Shown piece after piece: positions 24,349 through 37,709 of a stretch of 64,000 nt of DNA (its first letter is position 1; each line of letters starts with the position of its first letter). A program made the position numbers and the translations under genes. The notes under the pieces are model-generated. The model ran no database searches, was not told the origin of the DNA, and saw only the letters and a list, made by a program, of their open reading frames with translations. The stretch is from Sphaerodactylus townsendi (taxonomy: Eukaryota). Where the stretch lies: the NCBI RefSeq assembly GCF_021028975.2, contig NC_059437.1:22816001-22880000 (forward strand), in the 5' to 3' direction.

Positions 24349-25914
24349 GGGGTAGTATATGACTTGCCAGATGTTGTATATTGGTGCAACTCTGTTATTG
24401 CCCGTCTCCATTGGTTTTTTTAAAATACAAGGTGTGAGTAGGCTCAAGCAAGTACCGTGGTTCCAAGGCTGTGCTCCCATTGTTCTACCTAAGTCTGTTG
24501 CCCCTTGGCATACAGCTGTGTCATTCTCAAGATTTTGTTTTGGTTTTTGTTTTGCTGCAACTTGGCAGCGCTTGTCTACAATCACAGTTGGTATATGTTC
24601 TGTTTAACAAAAACCAGTGAGCCACACCAGTCTGCCAAAGATTCCCATTCATAACTGGTTCACAAATATATTGTAGACTAGATTACTCCTCCTCCAATTC
24701 TCAAAAATTGGAGGAACTTCAGATCTTGGCAGGCTAGGGATATTTTTCTCTGCTTCTGTTGGGTTGAATAGTTCTGGAATGCTGAATGGGGAATAATCTG
24801 GACAGAGCTTTGAACAGAGCGCGTTTGAAATATTTAATGCTGGTTGGTATTTTCACCTTCAAGTGAATGACTTAGATCTAGATTGTCTGAGTCACAGAAA
24901 TTGTCTTATTCATTTAATATTTAATATTTGTATGGAAACCCGGAAAGAGGTATGATGGTGCTGATAAAATCCAGGACTATAATTTGCAAATAACCTGACT
25001 GATTTCAGTAGGATTACTCAAGTAGGTCGTGCTGAAACCCACAAGCAGTGGTATCAGTTACTTTACCCAGTTACCTTACTATGTGGCCAACAGCGCTGTG
25101 GAATACTGTTCCAAATGAAGAGGGGGACACCAACATATTTTAGTTAAATTAAAAAAAACTGCATGGTTTCCACTTCTTTTATTTGTTGTGTGTCACAATA
25201 ACTTTCACAATACACATTCCCTAGCATACCATCCTTGTTTGTCAACCTCTGCTCCAATAAAGTAGTAATGAACCAAAGTGTGAAGACAGTTTCTGTGTTT
25301 AATGTCAAAAGTTGGTCAGTGGAGAACATTTCCAAGGGTCTCTAAGCCCACTCCTACATCAAAATGATTCTTTTTGAATGCTTTTTTCTAATGTAGCAAG
25401 TAAAACGTTTTGATCTGAAAATTACTTTTCTTTTGCACTTGATTGCTTTTTGCTCTGGAATTTTTAAATGTTTGCTTAGATGTGATATAAGCTGTTTTTT
25501 TCGGAAAATCTTTTCCGTAACTCTATCAATATGTGGCACCAATGTTTTGTTTTGAGAGGAACAAAAATCTTTTTCCTTTGGGCCTTTTTTGTATTTAAAA
25601 AAAAACAGTTTACACATCATCTCAAAATGTATTCCTTCCAATGGAGAGCTTTGCAGCCGATTCATAGCAGTAAGCAAGAAATGCAGCACTAAGAGATTGC
25701 TGTAGCCCTAGTCAATGAACACCATGGGAACTCTGATCTTCTGGGATATGGATTCAGTCTTAATGGGGTTCGTATATAGCAGTATAATGATGCAACCCTG
25801 GCTTTGTATCACAGGGTAAATATGGGAATGAGCTTTTCTCTTCGTGTGAAGGGTGTAAAGTAGGAGAAAGCACCTTGGAAAACCCATCCTAAATATGTGA
25901 AAATATTTTATCTA

Positions 25915-26430
25915 GTTCAGAGGTCATTCACAGCAATATTCATGGAGAATGTGGCTTAGTTCTCATTGAGAACCTCAAGTGGACTGTACTACCTCTGACT
26001 GTAATCAAGAATTCACAAGACTGAAAAGTTTCACCATGCAAAACAAAACCATTTCCATAGAAAGCGAGAAGAAACACCCCAGTTTAGCTGTGCCATCATG
26101 CGCATTGTTATCCAGTCTAAGCTAACCGAACCAGATGGACTAAGACAGCAGTAAGTCAGGATAGGAGTTGCAATATAGGCCTCTCCTTGTTTTCTCTGTG
26201 GGGAGATTTGTTTTGAAATGCAGAGGAACTTGCAACCGTATGCAAGTTTCAAAGTAGCTGCAGATTAAAGTAGTTCAGTCCAGGCACAGTAAGAACCACC
26301 ACAGTGAGAACTAGGTCTTTGTGTCTCTTAGCAAAACTATCTTAAATCTGTGGAAATAACGGTATCTGGAACTGAGGTTTTCACTTTTTAAATAAAAGCC
26401 TGACAATGAAATTAAGTGAATTTTCCAATC
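25915..26430 (+). repeat. Diverged direct repeat, copy 2
   Basis: Collinear similarity to 7500-7995. Confidence 0.8.
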
Positions 26431-27039
26431 CTCACTCTGATTTTATTAATGCTGCAAGCAAATAAAAGCTACCCTCTGCCTCTTGAAAAAAAAAGGCCCA
26501 TGATAAATTTGTCATGGCTGTCAACACACCATGAATTCAGTGGCTTTGCTTCACCCTTTGTACATCAGAAGAAAATGTGAGTGGGACTATAGGTCCCATT
26601 CACTCCTCTGCCTTCACTAATGGAGTAGGAAAACAACATCTCCCTACTTCATTTGATCACTTCTCTTATGAGGAGCAGTGTAGGGAGCACAGCACACAGG
26701 AGTGGACTCTTTCCCAAAGTCCAATGCTGGGGTAAAGTATTGTCCCCATAGATTGGAACTGACAATCTCTTGACATAAAAGTCATCCATTTCAGAATATG
26801 AATTTCTCACCAAATGTCTTAATCTTTTCCCCAGGCGTTCTCTTTTTGAACAACTTAAGCATAAGGACTGGCAGCGTAAGTTTAAAACAAAACAAATAGA
26901 TCAAATTCACATGAATAGATTTGTGGCAAGAACTACGAATGTTTCTAGTAAGCTTTCTCAACTTTTTGAAAAGCCTAGTTTGTAGACATGTTTCTGATTC
27001 GTACTGCTCAGAAAAAAAGTGACTTAATTATGAAAAAAA

Positions 27040-27115
27040 AATGTATTTATTTTGTGTAAAGTTGTTTTAAATGTTAATTTATGATATATTAAACTGACAA
27101 GTAATATCCTTCTGG
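27040..27115 (+). terminator. Candidate AKAP17B polyadenylation region (ATTAAA near 27088)
   Basis: U-rich and TGTA elements, then ATTAAA, then a downstream U/GU-rich tract. Several upstream AATAAA hexamers (about 24056, 25256, 26392, 26461) are alternatives. Confidence 0.35.
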
Positions 27116-28264
27116 TTAATACTTTTGGAATTAAGCTGGTCTTAATTGTCTTAACGTAAAGATTGGGGAAGATCCGCAAGATGGGATGAAGTAAATTTAT
27201 CAAATGTGATCCCCTGTCATCCCCAGTTTCGGATTCTGCAGAATTCTTCCTTAGGCTTCATATGGATTAGATCCCCGTGTTCTGCCATATTGTGCCCACC
27301 CAGATACTGAGACTTGGCCATACTGTTCCAGTTCCCTAGCTAAGACTCGCAGCAGAAAACTGAAAAGTGGAGCTATCCCATTAAAGCAGATGCGGGTGGT
27401 AAAATCCCATTCTTGATCCTTGGCCTGGTTTACTTTAAAGACAGGCTGGGGTCTGGCATAAGGGATGGAAAGAGAGAACTCTTTTGCTGCTAGCTTATTT
27501 TCACTTTTAAATATTTCACTCGGCAGTGACGACTGCCTGGTTGTTCCTGGAGGCCACAGGCCTGATTCCAAAGCTCTGTTCCCAGATGTGTAGGCTTTGC
27601 TGACTCATGGTGGAGAGTTCATTCTTCATGTATTCAGAAGTACTCTCAGATCTCTTGCATCTGCTCAAATAAAGCTGTGACTTTGAACCTGATTCTTTTT
27701 GGGGGGATGGTACTTCTTCAAACTGAGCTCTACAGATAGATCTTCCATACCTTTCCAAAATACTTGCAGTGTCTTTTGACAGGTTTTCAAAGGTATTTTA
27801 CCAGAATGTTAAGATTCCTTTATTTACTCACCAGGTGCTGCGTGAGGGTTAGTCAGCTGTTTTGCAACAGCTTGCATAAATACACTAAAATCCACATTCC
27901 TGTAGAGAACAGTTATATAATAGTTGTTGCAGATAACTGATGAAGGGTGGAGTTAAGTTGCTGGAGCTTTCATTTATCTTCAGAATGGCTTGCAAAGAAA
28001 TGAAGTTGCTTTGGATTGTTAGGGGAACAGAGAAACTTATTAGCCAGAGTTTGAGGCATAACCAAATGGTTCCCACACAAACCACAGGGTTATTTCTACT
28101 AGGAAAACCACTAAGAACATTACTATAGAGTTGTGCAAGTTGGGGAACTATGAAAAACTGGGGAATGGATAGAAGCAATTGAGAAATCTCTCACTCAATA
28201 GCATGAGGTTGAGCCCTGGAGCACTGAACTGTGTAGTTTTTTGCCTTTATCTTGACTAGAACTA

Positions 28265-28397
28265 CGGCGGGGTGGCCAACCTATGGTGCTTCATAGACTA
28301 CAATTCCCATCAGCCCCTGCCAGCATGGCCAATTGGCAGAGGATGATGGGAATTGTAGTTCATGAACATCTGGAGCACTATAGGTTGGCCACCCCTA
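28265..28397. mobile_element. Short palindromic hAT MITE
   Basis: GGGGTGGCCAACCT...AGGTTGGCCACCCC termini, same core. Confidence 0.75.
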
Positions 28398-28543
28398 AAC
28401 TAGGGCAGCCTGGGTCCAGTCACCATTTGCCGCAAAGCTCAGTGGATGGCTGTGGGCCAGTCAGTGTCACTTTACCTCACAGGGTTGTCGTGAAGTTACA
28501 CTGCCCAGAATTTCTTGGAGGAAGACCAGAATAAAATGTAATA

Positions 28544-28909
28544 CTGCTATCCCTTCCACATCATGATTTCCCCCATGGTGTTTTTGATATATCGTGGGTC
28601 AGCTTAAGAAATTTAATGGGATTGTTTTTTGGAATTTTGCAAAAGCTGCAAATGACACACAAAGACCAGCAGGAGGACGAAAAAGGTTTAGAAACTCAGA
28701 GATGCATAAAATACATGCATAATACTATATAATATCAACATATTTTATCTTTTAGTACCACCAATATACACATTTATCTAAAAAGTTAAAAAATTTTAAA
28801 AATCGGACTTATTCTTTGGTATGGAGGGCCACAAATGTCACATTGGATTTTTAGATGGCACGAGTGAGTGTGTGTGTCCCTAACCCCAGTGATGTGGAAG
28901 GAATGACTG
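28544..28909. mobile_element. Tigger-like Tc1/mariner MITE
   Basis: TIRs CTGCTATCCCTTCCACATCA / TGATGTGGAAGGAATGACTG flanked by TA. Confidence 0.75.
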
Positions 28910-31900
28910 TACAGTACCCATGTTGCACTAATGAAAGGCTAAGCAAAAATCAAGTACAAGCTTTTTACCCTAGTGCTGAAAAACAACGTCACTGAACACC
29001 TGGAATTTTAGTACTATGTAGAGGGGTAAAAGAACAAAAGCCAGGAGATGCATTATTTATTTTGTGCCATCAAACCCTATTTTGACTCTCTTCTCCCTGC
29101 ACCATTCTAAAATAAGTAGGTGGGGCTCTGGTTCCTTCACAGATGAAAGAATCCTTGTGAAGGAATGATGAATTAAGGATTGGATTTTCCTGAGCTTAAT
29201 CTTTCCCCAACCTCTTTAGCTGCAATGTAAGGTTACAGCATAGGGAACTAGGAGATGTGTGTATATTCCAAATTCTAATTGGGACTGAGGTCATTTATAG
29301 CTCCTCTCCCTCAAATGTTTTCAGCTGACTCAATATTTCATGGCTTTTGAAGAACAATGAACTGGCTGTTTTTACTGTGCCTTCTGTCATTTTTTTTATA
29401 TCCTTGTTGCAAACATTTGCAAAAAAATTTCTACATGCTGGGCAAGTTATTGAAGTATTCGTAGCAAACTTATTTGTCTTGAAGCTACTGCAGTGCCTGA
29501 ATGGCTTGGGTGTTAATTGTCTGAATTTCCAGATCTATGAAAGCTTTTTGGTCATGGAGAAAACCAAAATGTAGAAATAAGTACATGATCGAATTTGTTT
29601 GCTGCTCCAGAAGTATTCAGAATAAAATGCTGAGAAGACAACGCAAAGCTTATTGGGAACATGTCTTAAAAGGAAAGCAGATACAAGAGAAATAAATGTT
29701 TTGTTGCATATTCAGTTAGTCTTCCTTTGCTAGTTCCATCTCAGGGTGTCAGACTTCCCCTGGTCCAGTCAAAATGTCTGAGCAACAGAATCCCCTCCAT
29801 CCTAGTAATAGGTACACAGAGCTAGTGTTCATTGTTGCAGTAGTCTGGCCTCTGGGGCAAGTCCAGTTCCCTTTGCCCAGCGAGAGGACCAGCTAATAGC
29901 CTTTGTTATTAATCTCACAATCCCCTTAGCTGCAAAGGGATATGATTTTTGAGATAATATAGCACTGGTAAAAGTAACAGCAGCTTCTCTTCTCAAGTAT
30001 CAGTTCTGCATCAGAAGTCAGATATATATGTTTCTGTACCATCAGTCTTGTTTTATATAATGTAAGTTGGGCTACCGACCTGTGGACTTCACTTCAACCT
30101 TGTTAGAGTCATCCCCTTAATGTATGGAGTCGGAAATGAGCAGAGGCTTCCTAAGAACAAAAATTTATTTTGCTGTTGATGGAAGAATCAAAAGTGAGAA
30201 ACTCTGTAATTAACACTTAACTTGAACACCTTTGGAGGAACGTAGGAGTATTGTGTTTAGCGTTTAGAGCAAGAAAAGAGGCACTATAGTCTAGAAAGAT
30301 AAACGGAAAATAAAACAATCCAGTACAACTCTATTGTCCTTGCTTTGAAACACAGTCATCCAAATTTTTGCAAGGATTACAAGTAACGTTTAAAGGAAGA
30401 AGAATGCCGCAATGCTGAAGATTTCATTAGCCTAGAATTTTCAGAGGTAGGTCATCACACTTCAGCCAACAAAATCTGTCAATAAGGTGCAGTGTTACCA
30501 ACAAGCAAAAGAATCCATTACGCATTTCTCACATTAAGAATGGGCCAATCAGCAGTTACCATTAGAAAAGCGGTTTCTAAGCAATGGAAATTATATCAGG
30601 AATGTCACTGTATCACTGCTGTATGTGAGGAAACTGAGGAGAGAAAGGGAAAGGACCCGTTAGAACCACAAAGCTTATTGCTATACCAATCTTGCAACAT
30701 TCCATAGTAACTGACTGCCACTGCTCCCACAGTAAAGATTCCCTAGACTTCCTTGCTGTCTTGGGGATGTAGGAGAGACTATATTCATTTGCCATCTGAG
30801 CAACCTCTCAACACTGAAATGGGGTTTTAGGGTACACATGTAACACCCATCTGGCCTGCTGTGCTGAAGTCTGAAAGGCTGCATTTCCCAGTGCAGGCCA
30901 AGGTCCAATGATGGAGAACAAGAAAAGCTTGTCTGAATTATTCTTTTCAATAAAGAATCAGATTTAAAGAATTGAAATTGATGCAATCTGGACACCACTA
31001 CCTTAGACTTAAATCATATATAAAAGCAGAGGCGACCCAGATGATTCAGTCACCAGCAAAGCAGCTTCAACAACTTGGCAAATTTTTTCAGATGACCAAC
31101 TAAAACTCAGCAAGAAAGAGGTTCTTCCATTCAACCTGAACTGTCCCGCCTGAAAGTTCTGAGCTGACTTTTTTTCTACTTTCCCCACCCGCTGCAGAGT
31201 TTACCATCTGTGCTAGAAGATTTGAACCAGTTGAATGCATACTTAGCCTGTGTGAGTCAGAAAATTCTGGTTCAAGGGCTTAACTCTCAACTGGAGCCAA
31301 CACAGGCCTTGTTGAACTCCCAAGGGGTAATTGCTCCTGTGGCACCACTAGCCTTATGTATTTATTTCTTGCAGTTTCCTCAAGGCTCAACTTATTGGCT
31401 TCCTTGAGGTTTTTCTCAGACGTTGCATATTTCAAGATTCTGAGAAGCAACATCCAACCACTGACAGCAAAAGCGGAAGGAGACCCCTCTTAGCATTCTG
31501 CTTTTAGCATGCCACCTTTGGAAGGTGCAGCTGCTGTGTGAAGTGGGCTGACTGACTGCTTTATGGCTGCCCATGCCCTGTGAACATTTATGGACATTAC
31601 TTTTGCAAATATAGTTGTGCATATATAATATTCGGCTGCACGCATCTACTGATTATAAACTCGTATAAATCAGTGGCAAGTATGTTCAAAGTAAATGAAG
31701 CTATCAGTCTCCGCTTAGTTTACATGGCGGTCTATAATAGAAAAACTTAAAACGGGTCTGGTTGACTATACTAATTACATACTTGGATGTAAATTGCTAT
31801 ATAAAACAGCAGGTTTAAAAATTAAAAACCTCATACTCGTTTTGTACATTATGAATAAATCATACCATCCCTTCTCCAAAATATTTACAGCAATCTGTAC

Positions 31901-32500
31901 TCTGCTTAAATCATACAGATTTCAAAAGGAACACCTTCCAGCCAGACAGTTCATTTAAGCATTATTTATGTAGGGAGAATAAGGAACTGCTGTTGGTCAA
32001 AAATTATCATTGTGAAGATGTGATAATTGTGGTTCAGGATGTTTCAGCAAAGATCTTCCTTCCATACAGAAAAATTGGTGTGTGTGTGTCTTAGAATGTG
32101 CTTGTTACTTGAATGCCATCCAGCTTCATAGTGACCTCTTAATGGGACTTATGCAGAAGCCCTTTGTCAAGTACCAGTGAAAAATTGGAAATTGCTGAGC
32201 ACTGCGATTTGGGTAAATGTACTTCCTCACCACAGCATTGGATATTTTTGGTTCCAATTTGGAAATTCCAATTTGGAAATTCCAATTTGGACCATGCAGC
32301 TTGGATTTAAGCAGCTCGGTATTGCCTGGCAAGTTCCTTGGGAACGTAGATTGAAATGTGTTTAATTACAGCCAAATCAACATATGTACTTTCCATTTCT
32401 AAAACACAGTTAATGTTCAAATCAGTAAAATACAACCGGAATGTGAGAAAAGGTCCTTTAAAAATCCAAAAATTCCCCATATTTTTCTTTCAGGCATTCA

Positions 32501-32604
32501 CTAATCTTTCTTGCGTTGTTCAGGATCTTTTGTTTCTTCTTCATCAGAATAGACAGTCGGCTCTTCACCATCCTTCAACAGCTTGCCCACATAGTGATAT
32601 TTAA
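32501..32604 (-). CDS. PGRMC1: PGRMC1 exon 3 coding part
   Basis: [34 protein letters not shown] then TAG. Acceptor TTCAG|TT. The joined CDS is 576 nt = 191 aa. Confidence 0.97.
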
Positions 32605-33058
32605 CTGAACGTGACAAAAAAAGAAAGGAAAAAGAAGGTATAATTTTTCCTAAATACCAGGTTTTCAAAAGATTTTGTTTCACTCTCATCAAAGGAAATC
32701 AGAATGACTTCTATTTAGTTTTGCAACAAAATATGGACTTCCTGTATTGTCAAATAAAAATGCAAGTAGTGATTCTTATGCAAAGAATTGTGTAGATCTT
32801 TGTGAGACTCACAGAGAAGAACTAATAAGTGGAGCCCATTAGTACTATTGTTTCATTAGAGAAGTACAAATATTTTAAATAAATTTCCAACATTCCTATT
32901 TATTACCATTGAGAGCGGCATAATTAAACTTGGCATACAAGATATGCATAATATACATGAATGAAGGCAGGTTCAAGTCCTAGCATGTAATGATGATATG
33001 GAAGTGATTTTGTAGATGCGAAAGAAACCATGGGCAGCACAAGTGTAAGAATGCTTAC

Positions 33059-33214
33059 ATGTGAATTGCTGTTCCCAGTCACTCAAGGTCTCTCTCTGTG
33101 AAGCATCCAGATCAGAAAGGTCATCATATTCATCCTTCAGTGCTTCTTTATCCAGGCAGAAAGTAGCAAGGCCTCGGGATGCATCCCTTCCCGCAAAAAT
33201 GCCGTAAGGACCAT
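33059..33214 (-). CDS. PGRMC1: PGRMC1 exon 2 (156 nt)
   Basis: [52 protein letters not shown], with the heme-ligating Tyr in GPYG. Acceptor TTAAG|AT, donor T|GTAAGC. Confidence 0.97.
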
Positions 33215-35027
33215 CTTAAGAGAAGAATATTAGCGATTAGTACAGTATCTTCCGAACTTTTAAGCTTGATAAGATTAAGAGCACATGCCGTACTAAATCC
33301 CTGCTCTCCCGTTCTAGGGTAAGAAGACCATTAATTTGGCTTCGCTGCTTTCAAAACAGGCTGTTGAGTAATTTTATGCAGGTGGTTTTCTTTGAAGCAT
33401 TGCACATCCTGTGCCTTGCATACACACCTCTGCCAAATGCTGCCGTACTTGGGTTTCTATCCGTGGCATCTTAGCACAAGTTGACTTGTTTAAGGAAGAG
33501 AGAGGGAAGAAGGCGTAGTCATAGGAGGTGCGAAAGGAAAGGAAAAAGGGACTCCCTCTTCCCCAGACGTGGGCAAGAAACTATATTGGCAGAAATATCA
33601 GATCTATTCCAAACTTTTACACTAGTTGGTAAAAACATTTGAGTGCTAGGGACAGCCACTGCAATTGGTGATGTGTTCAAAGTCCACAAACAACAACGCT
33701 ATATTATTTAGACTAATAATATTTATGCGGAAGCATTGGAATGCACTCCTTACGAAGCAGAGGGGGGAAAACCATGAGAAGCTTAAGGTCATATGGGAGA
33801 AGCTTCAACATAAGCTCTTCCCATATAATCTTAGGTATCTCATGTTACCTCAGCACATGGGAAAGAAAGAGTGGTATTCCTAGAACTCCCACACCACCAA
33901 ACCCAGTCCATGAGAATCACAGCACCTCAGTAAGAGACTCTATCCTTTGCAGAGCTCAACAGCCAACATGGAGGAAAGGGTTTCAAAATGCATGCTGGCA
34001 GTTGAAGTTCTTCGAGCAGCCTCATACATTCTCATATGACCAGTTCCGGTGCAGGTATTATGAAAGTCCTGATTTAGGGATTGGGAGCAGGCCATGGGAT
34101 CAGACACCACCAAGTCTTCTGGCTTGGTTCTACACATGAAGCCCCTCCACGTGATTTGATGTTAAATGACTTTTGCTAGCAGTGATGAAGAGTGCTCCTG
34201 AACTCAAACACGAAACTATGGTTTAAACCAGAGTCCTGAAAAGAGATTAGGACCACCCTTTACCATGGTCTAGTGATGTTCAAGTGTACTTTGGCATTTT
34301 ATCTAACAATCAGCATACAAGTAGCAAAGGAAAGAAGTGGATTATTCCTAAACCATGCTTAGCATTTCATGTGTAGCAGCCTTCAGGAAAAAAAAGACAT
34401 TCTGGTCATCTTTCCTATGAAGTCCTGTCAGGAAAAATCCCTGAAATTTGTTTTTGGTAAGGCACCTATCTCTTTCCTACTACTGGGTTTCTCTTAGGAC
34501 TTTAGACAGTAAAATAATAAAGTAAATCATTAACTCTGTTTAGCTTGTCACTCTCTGCTTCCCGCAGGCTGCTGGGACAAAGGAATTTTAAACATCTTTA
34601 AATTTCCATAGCAATCTAACTTTCTTTGCCAACAAGAAGCCTGATCCCCACTTGAGAGCATCTTTCAATATACTGATCTTTAATCATGAAGACTGGAACC
34701 TTTTTTACAATTAGTTTAGATTCCAACTTCAGACTGCGTTGGTGTCACATTCTTGCAAGACTCACAAGATCATGAGTTTAAATCTGAATTACTAATGTTT
34801 TTTTTCCAAATACTGGAATATGTGTTATGTAGCAAAGACAAGAGAGGGCCAGGGGCTGTATCAGGAAGCTAAACAAGTGGTATGCAAGACAACACAGGAA
34901 CAGGCAGCAAGGCAAAGAGTATTCTTTCTCAGAACAAGCATGTGGCACATGAAGAACTGCTACACTTGACAGACACAGGATTTCAGGGGCTCAAAGAAAA
35001 GAGGAAAAGGTGAAGCCAGCTATGACT

Positions 35028-35360
35028 GGGGTGCTGTGTGGTTTCCGGGCTGTATGGCATATCCTTCAGAGGATCCTTCAGAGCAGGGGTCTTCAAACTA
35101 TGGCCCTCCAGATGTTCATGGACTACAATTCCCATCAGCCCCTGCCAGCATGGCCAAGTGGCAGGGCTCATGGGAATTGTAGTTTATGAACATCTGGAGG
35201 GCCATAGTTTGAAGACCCCTGCTTCAGAGGATCATCTGAAGATGCCAGCCACAGATGCAGGCAAAACGTCAGGAGAGAATGCTGATAGAACACGGCCATA
35301 CAGCCTGGAAACCACACAGCACCCCAGTGATTCCGACTGTGAAAGCCTTCGACAATACAT
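35028..35360 (+). mobile_element. Penelope-like element terminal-repeat remnant (inverted arrangement)
   Basis: CTGAAGATGCCAGCCACAGATGCAGGC..AAACGTCAGGAG...GAAAGCCTTCGACAATAC signature; 12-bp flanking duplication CCAGCTATGACT. Confidence 0.8.
35084..35221. mobile_element. Short palindromic hAT MITE nested in a Penelope remnant
   Basis: CAGGGGTCTTCAAAC TIRs; perfect TSD CTTCAGAG. Confidence 0.88.
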
Positions 35361-35481
35361 CCAGCTATGACTCCTTGCTGTACATTATCATGGAATAGTG
35401 TCAGATCTGCGCACATGAGCTCATTACATGACCATGACCATCACACTATAAATCAGATTAGATGACCATCACACTCTAAAT

Positions 35482-35612
35482 CAGAGGTGTCCAGCTCTGG
35501 CACTTCAGATGTTCATGGATTACAATTCCCACCAGCCAATTAACCATGCCAGCAGGGGCTGATGGGGATTGTAGTCCATGAACATCTGAAGCGCCAGAGT
35601 AGGACACCCCTG
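35482..35612. mobile_element. Short palindromic hAT MITE
   Basis: CAGAGGTGTCC...GGACACCCCTG termini; CTCTAAAT repeated on both flanks. Confidence 0.8.
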
Positions 35613-37709
35613 CTCTAAATTAATCTACCTTCAGGCTTGCTGCAAAGGAAAAATGGGTGAAAACCCGAAGGATATTATCTTAAGTACCAAACCACACATG
35701 TGCACATGTAGTTACATAAACATGCATGGCACACCAGTGTGGCCACTTCACTCATACACAACATCATAATGAACGGACAATCTGAAAGATTAGGGGCAGA
35801 AGGCATCCCCTGCTCCTACTTCTTTCATACAAACTTGATTTCAGATGTCTCTTTCTAAGCGACACGCATATCTGGAATCGTGGGTATGGACCAGACAAGT
35901 GGCAGGGGAAAAAATCAGGCACCCTTCTTTCTTTTCCCTATCCTGCTTCTCTGTTAATCTGGACATAATCTCTTCTACAAATTGCATATAATGGGTCATT
36001 TGGCTTGAAGCTCCTGCAGGAAGATCGAGACTCAAATCTAGAGAGTTACAGACAACAAGAAAGGTGGGCAAAAGAAACTGTTTGCTTAAGCAGCTGTGTG
36101 TACACGCAAGTCTCTCTGTTGTGGTCTTTGACCTTGCCAAAATATTATGGGGAAAGAAAACCTCCTTAGGCTTTGTGAATAAACGTATGGGTCTTGTGTA
36201 ACCGTGCAACATCTCTACTCCCACACAGATTGCATACAAAGCAAAGCAATCCTTTGCAGTCTAGCTAGGAGGAGAGGCTTGGCCACAGAGTAAGCAGAAC
36301 TGGGCCATCCACTCCCTCTTTCAATGCCTGGGGTAATAATCCCCTTTACAAACAAGATGGGCTGGTTAGGCAGGGAAGCAAGGTAAAAGGGGGATGGGAG
36401 GTGTCTCACTATGCCTGCTCCATCTCCCCTTTCCTCTATGCTAATCATAAGATTCATGTGACACTTTTTAATCCTCCTCAACATGTTTAGAGCACTGCCT
36501 GTCTTGCATCCTTTCTGCTTCTCTTTCATGCACAGAAGCAACTTCAAGTAGGAAAGAGGTCCTCTCTCTACTGCTCTTAGAGCCCACTGTGATCATTCAG
36601 ACAACCATGAGTATTCCAGAAAAGCATGGTTGTGTGAATCAGCTGTCACGCAGCAGATGCAGCTTGCTTTATTGGGTAGAACAAGGTAGGCTCGATTTCA
36701 CCCCATAGCTTTGATCTTAGTAACTTACAGCTGAACTTAAAAAAGGAGAGGAATGACCTGTGAGCTAGCAAATTCAAATCTCATCTTAGCCACAAACTCA
36801 ATCAGGTGACATCACTTTCTCTTCCCTGCCTCGCCTCTTAACATGGGAAGACTGGCATATCTTGTTGTGCGGGCGAGTTAATGCCTCTCAAACATCCTCA
36901 CACTAAATGTGTAATATAGAATCTATTATGATCTCAATTGCGTAATTTAAAATTTCCCATAAGAAATGGTTGCCACCATAATTCGGGTATGTATCCTTTC
37001 TGTTTTCCAGTGTCACAGTGCTAAAAGACAAATGCTTGAGACTCACTTCTAGTCTTGGCTCCACTCCTCTTGAAGTTAAGACAGGGACCAGAGCAAATGT
37101 CAAAATATTTACATGTGTAGACTACTGAAAATTCTGATTGCAGCCTTCTCAGGGCAGCGATCTTTGTCATTTGCTTACTGGTTACTCTTTAACACAACTA
37201 AACACCCATCCCGCTTTGATTTATGCCATCAGGACGGCTGAAGAAGTAAGGAAAGAGTTAGCTGTCTGGATTCTGTGCTATTATAGGGTGTTTCTGCACT
37301 AGGGTGTTTCTGCACTAGGGCCCTTTTAGCACGGGCCAGTCAGTGCTATTCTACAATCAGCTAACCATGTGTTCACGCTATCTGGAACAATTTGCCATGT
37401 ATTTCTGAAATGCCTGTCCACTCTACAAAGCTGTGATGAACGGGGAGTAGAAAGGGCAGGGCAAACCACTCTGCACCCTAAGAAATTGCCAGCTAAACAC
37501 CTGACTTACTTAATTTCAGTAGACTTAGACTGGAATAATGCTGTACAGAGCTCCCCTCTGACTGGTCAGCTTAGAATAATTCTTGCACAAGAATGCATTT
37601 AGACTAGAGTGACAACTACATAAGATTGCATTCAAACTGTTTAAACAGAGGATTACATTAAGATTAGAATAACACCACATGAGACTGCATTTAGATTGGA
37701 GTGATAACT

